Positions 12,285-12,650 of a stretch of DNA of 12,650 nucleotides are shown piece by piece; position 1 is the first letter of the stretch; each line of letters starts with the position of its first letter. Source of the DNA: a virus; the IMG/VR virus record IMGVR_UViG_3300045988_099112, positions 1 to 12,650 of that record; one strand, given 5' to 3'. A model generated the notes under the pieces. That model ran no database searches and was not told the DNA's origin. It saw only the letters and a program-made list of their open reading frames with translations. The translations under genes were made by a program, and so were the position numbers.

Positions 12285-12322
12285 AAATTGCACAAAATTA
12301 GCGCACTTGTTTTGTGCAATTT
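12285..12322. promoter_or_regulatory. Perfect 13-bp-arm inverted repeat (putative operator/activator site or AT-rich hairpin terminator)
   Basis: AAATTGCACAAAA (12285-12297), 12-nt spacer, TTTTGTGCAATTT (12310-12322). The proximal arm lies 5 nt upstream of the late -35. Each arm contains the TTGTGCAA octamer, which also occurs in the ITRs and, as TTGTGCA, at both internal promoters. Confidence 0.6.
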
Positions 12323-12360
12323 TATTCTCTCAATATGTTTCACAATTATAAGCATAAAAT

Positions 12361-12650
12361 ACATATATCTAGAACAACTAATTTCATTTTGTCAAGTGAT
12401 TATTTTAACTAATTTATGGTGGTGCTCGCAGAAATTGATCTATTTTAACATATTTTCAGACAACTTCTAAATAAGCTCGTTATCGTTTGAATTGTTCTAG
12501 TTGTGTATTCAACTGATTTGTGCAATGTGAACAAAGGCATGATGATAAATTTGTTACAATTTCATATTGACAAATTGATATTTGTGCAAACTGTTAAAAC
12601 ATAACAGTGTTATGTGGGAAATCTTTGTTGATTTTTAATATCATAATCCC
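12361..12650. repeat. Right inverted terminal repeat (ITR)
   Basis: Reverse complement of 1-290 (about 273/290 identical by hand count). The window ends ...ATAATCCC, the exact complement of the first bases GGGATTAT. Confidence 0.92.

Noticed and set aside
12261-12470. A + strand ORF (69 aa, hydrophobic) in the right non-coding region
   Set aside because: It has no SD and no ATG start codon (it begins GTG), and its translation is an AT-rich low-complexity sequence. It runs across the late promoter, the palindrome and into the ITR. An ITR-encoded ORF would need a counterpart at the left end, and none exists.
1-12650. ITRs plus PolB interpreted as a transposon, casposon, pipolin, polinton-like element or linear plasmid
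   Set aside because: No transposase, integrase or Cas1 is present and there are no target-site duplications or flanking host DNA. A full capsid, portal, tail, packaging and lysis gene set is present. The PolB has TPR-type insertions and an upstream TP-like gene, as in protein-primed phages.

Overview
The window appears to be one complete linear dsDNA genome (12,650 bp) of a very small phi29-type, protein-primed podophage. It is bounded by imperfect 290-bp inverted terminal repeats at 1-290 and 12361-12650. Two gene arms converge on a bidirectional terminator at 5413-5443. The rightward arm (382-5400) holds a candidate terminal protein translationally coupled to a protein-primed family-B DNA polymerase. 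It continues with a promoter-driven pair resembling phi29 p6 (dsDNA-binding) and p5 (SSB), a strong terminator, a gp16-type packaging ATPase, and two small orphan genes behind a duplicated promoter module. The leftward arm (12144-5453) is one tightly overlapping operon: BhlA-like holin, GH24 plus CW_7 endolysin, a putative scaffold carrying a perfect 15-bp tandem repeat, phi29-like major capsid protein, gp9-like tail knob, gp10-like portal, putative lower collar and a beta-helix tail appendage. Long SD sequences (AGAAAGGAAG), the holin type and the CW_7 domain point to a Gram-positive (Firmicutes) host. The most interesting unexplained signals are all non-coding. (1) A GC-rich multi-helix RNA element sits exactly between the predicted late promoter and the holin SD; it could be a lysis-timing riboregulator, a stabiliser or a pRNA-like RNA. 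(2) A TTTTGTGCA-containing promoter module occurs three times, and once forms a 13-bp-arm palindrome upstream of the late promoter. (3) Motif arrays and dyads occur inside the long ITRs. All protein assignments rest on motifs read by eye and on remembered phi29-family sequences. No database search was possible, so novelty cannot be asserted.
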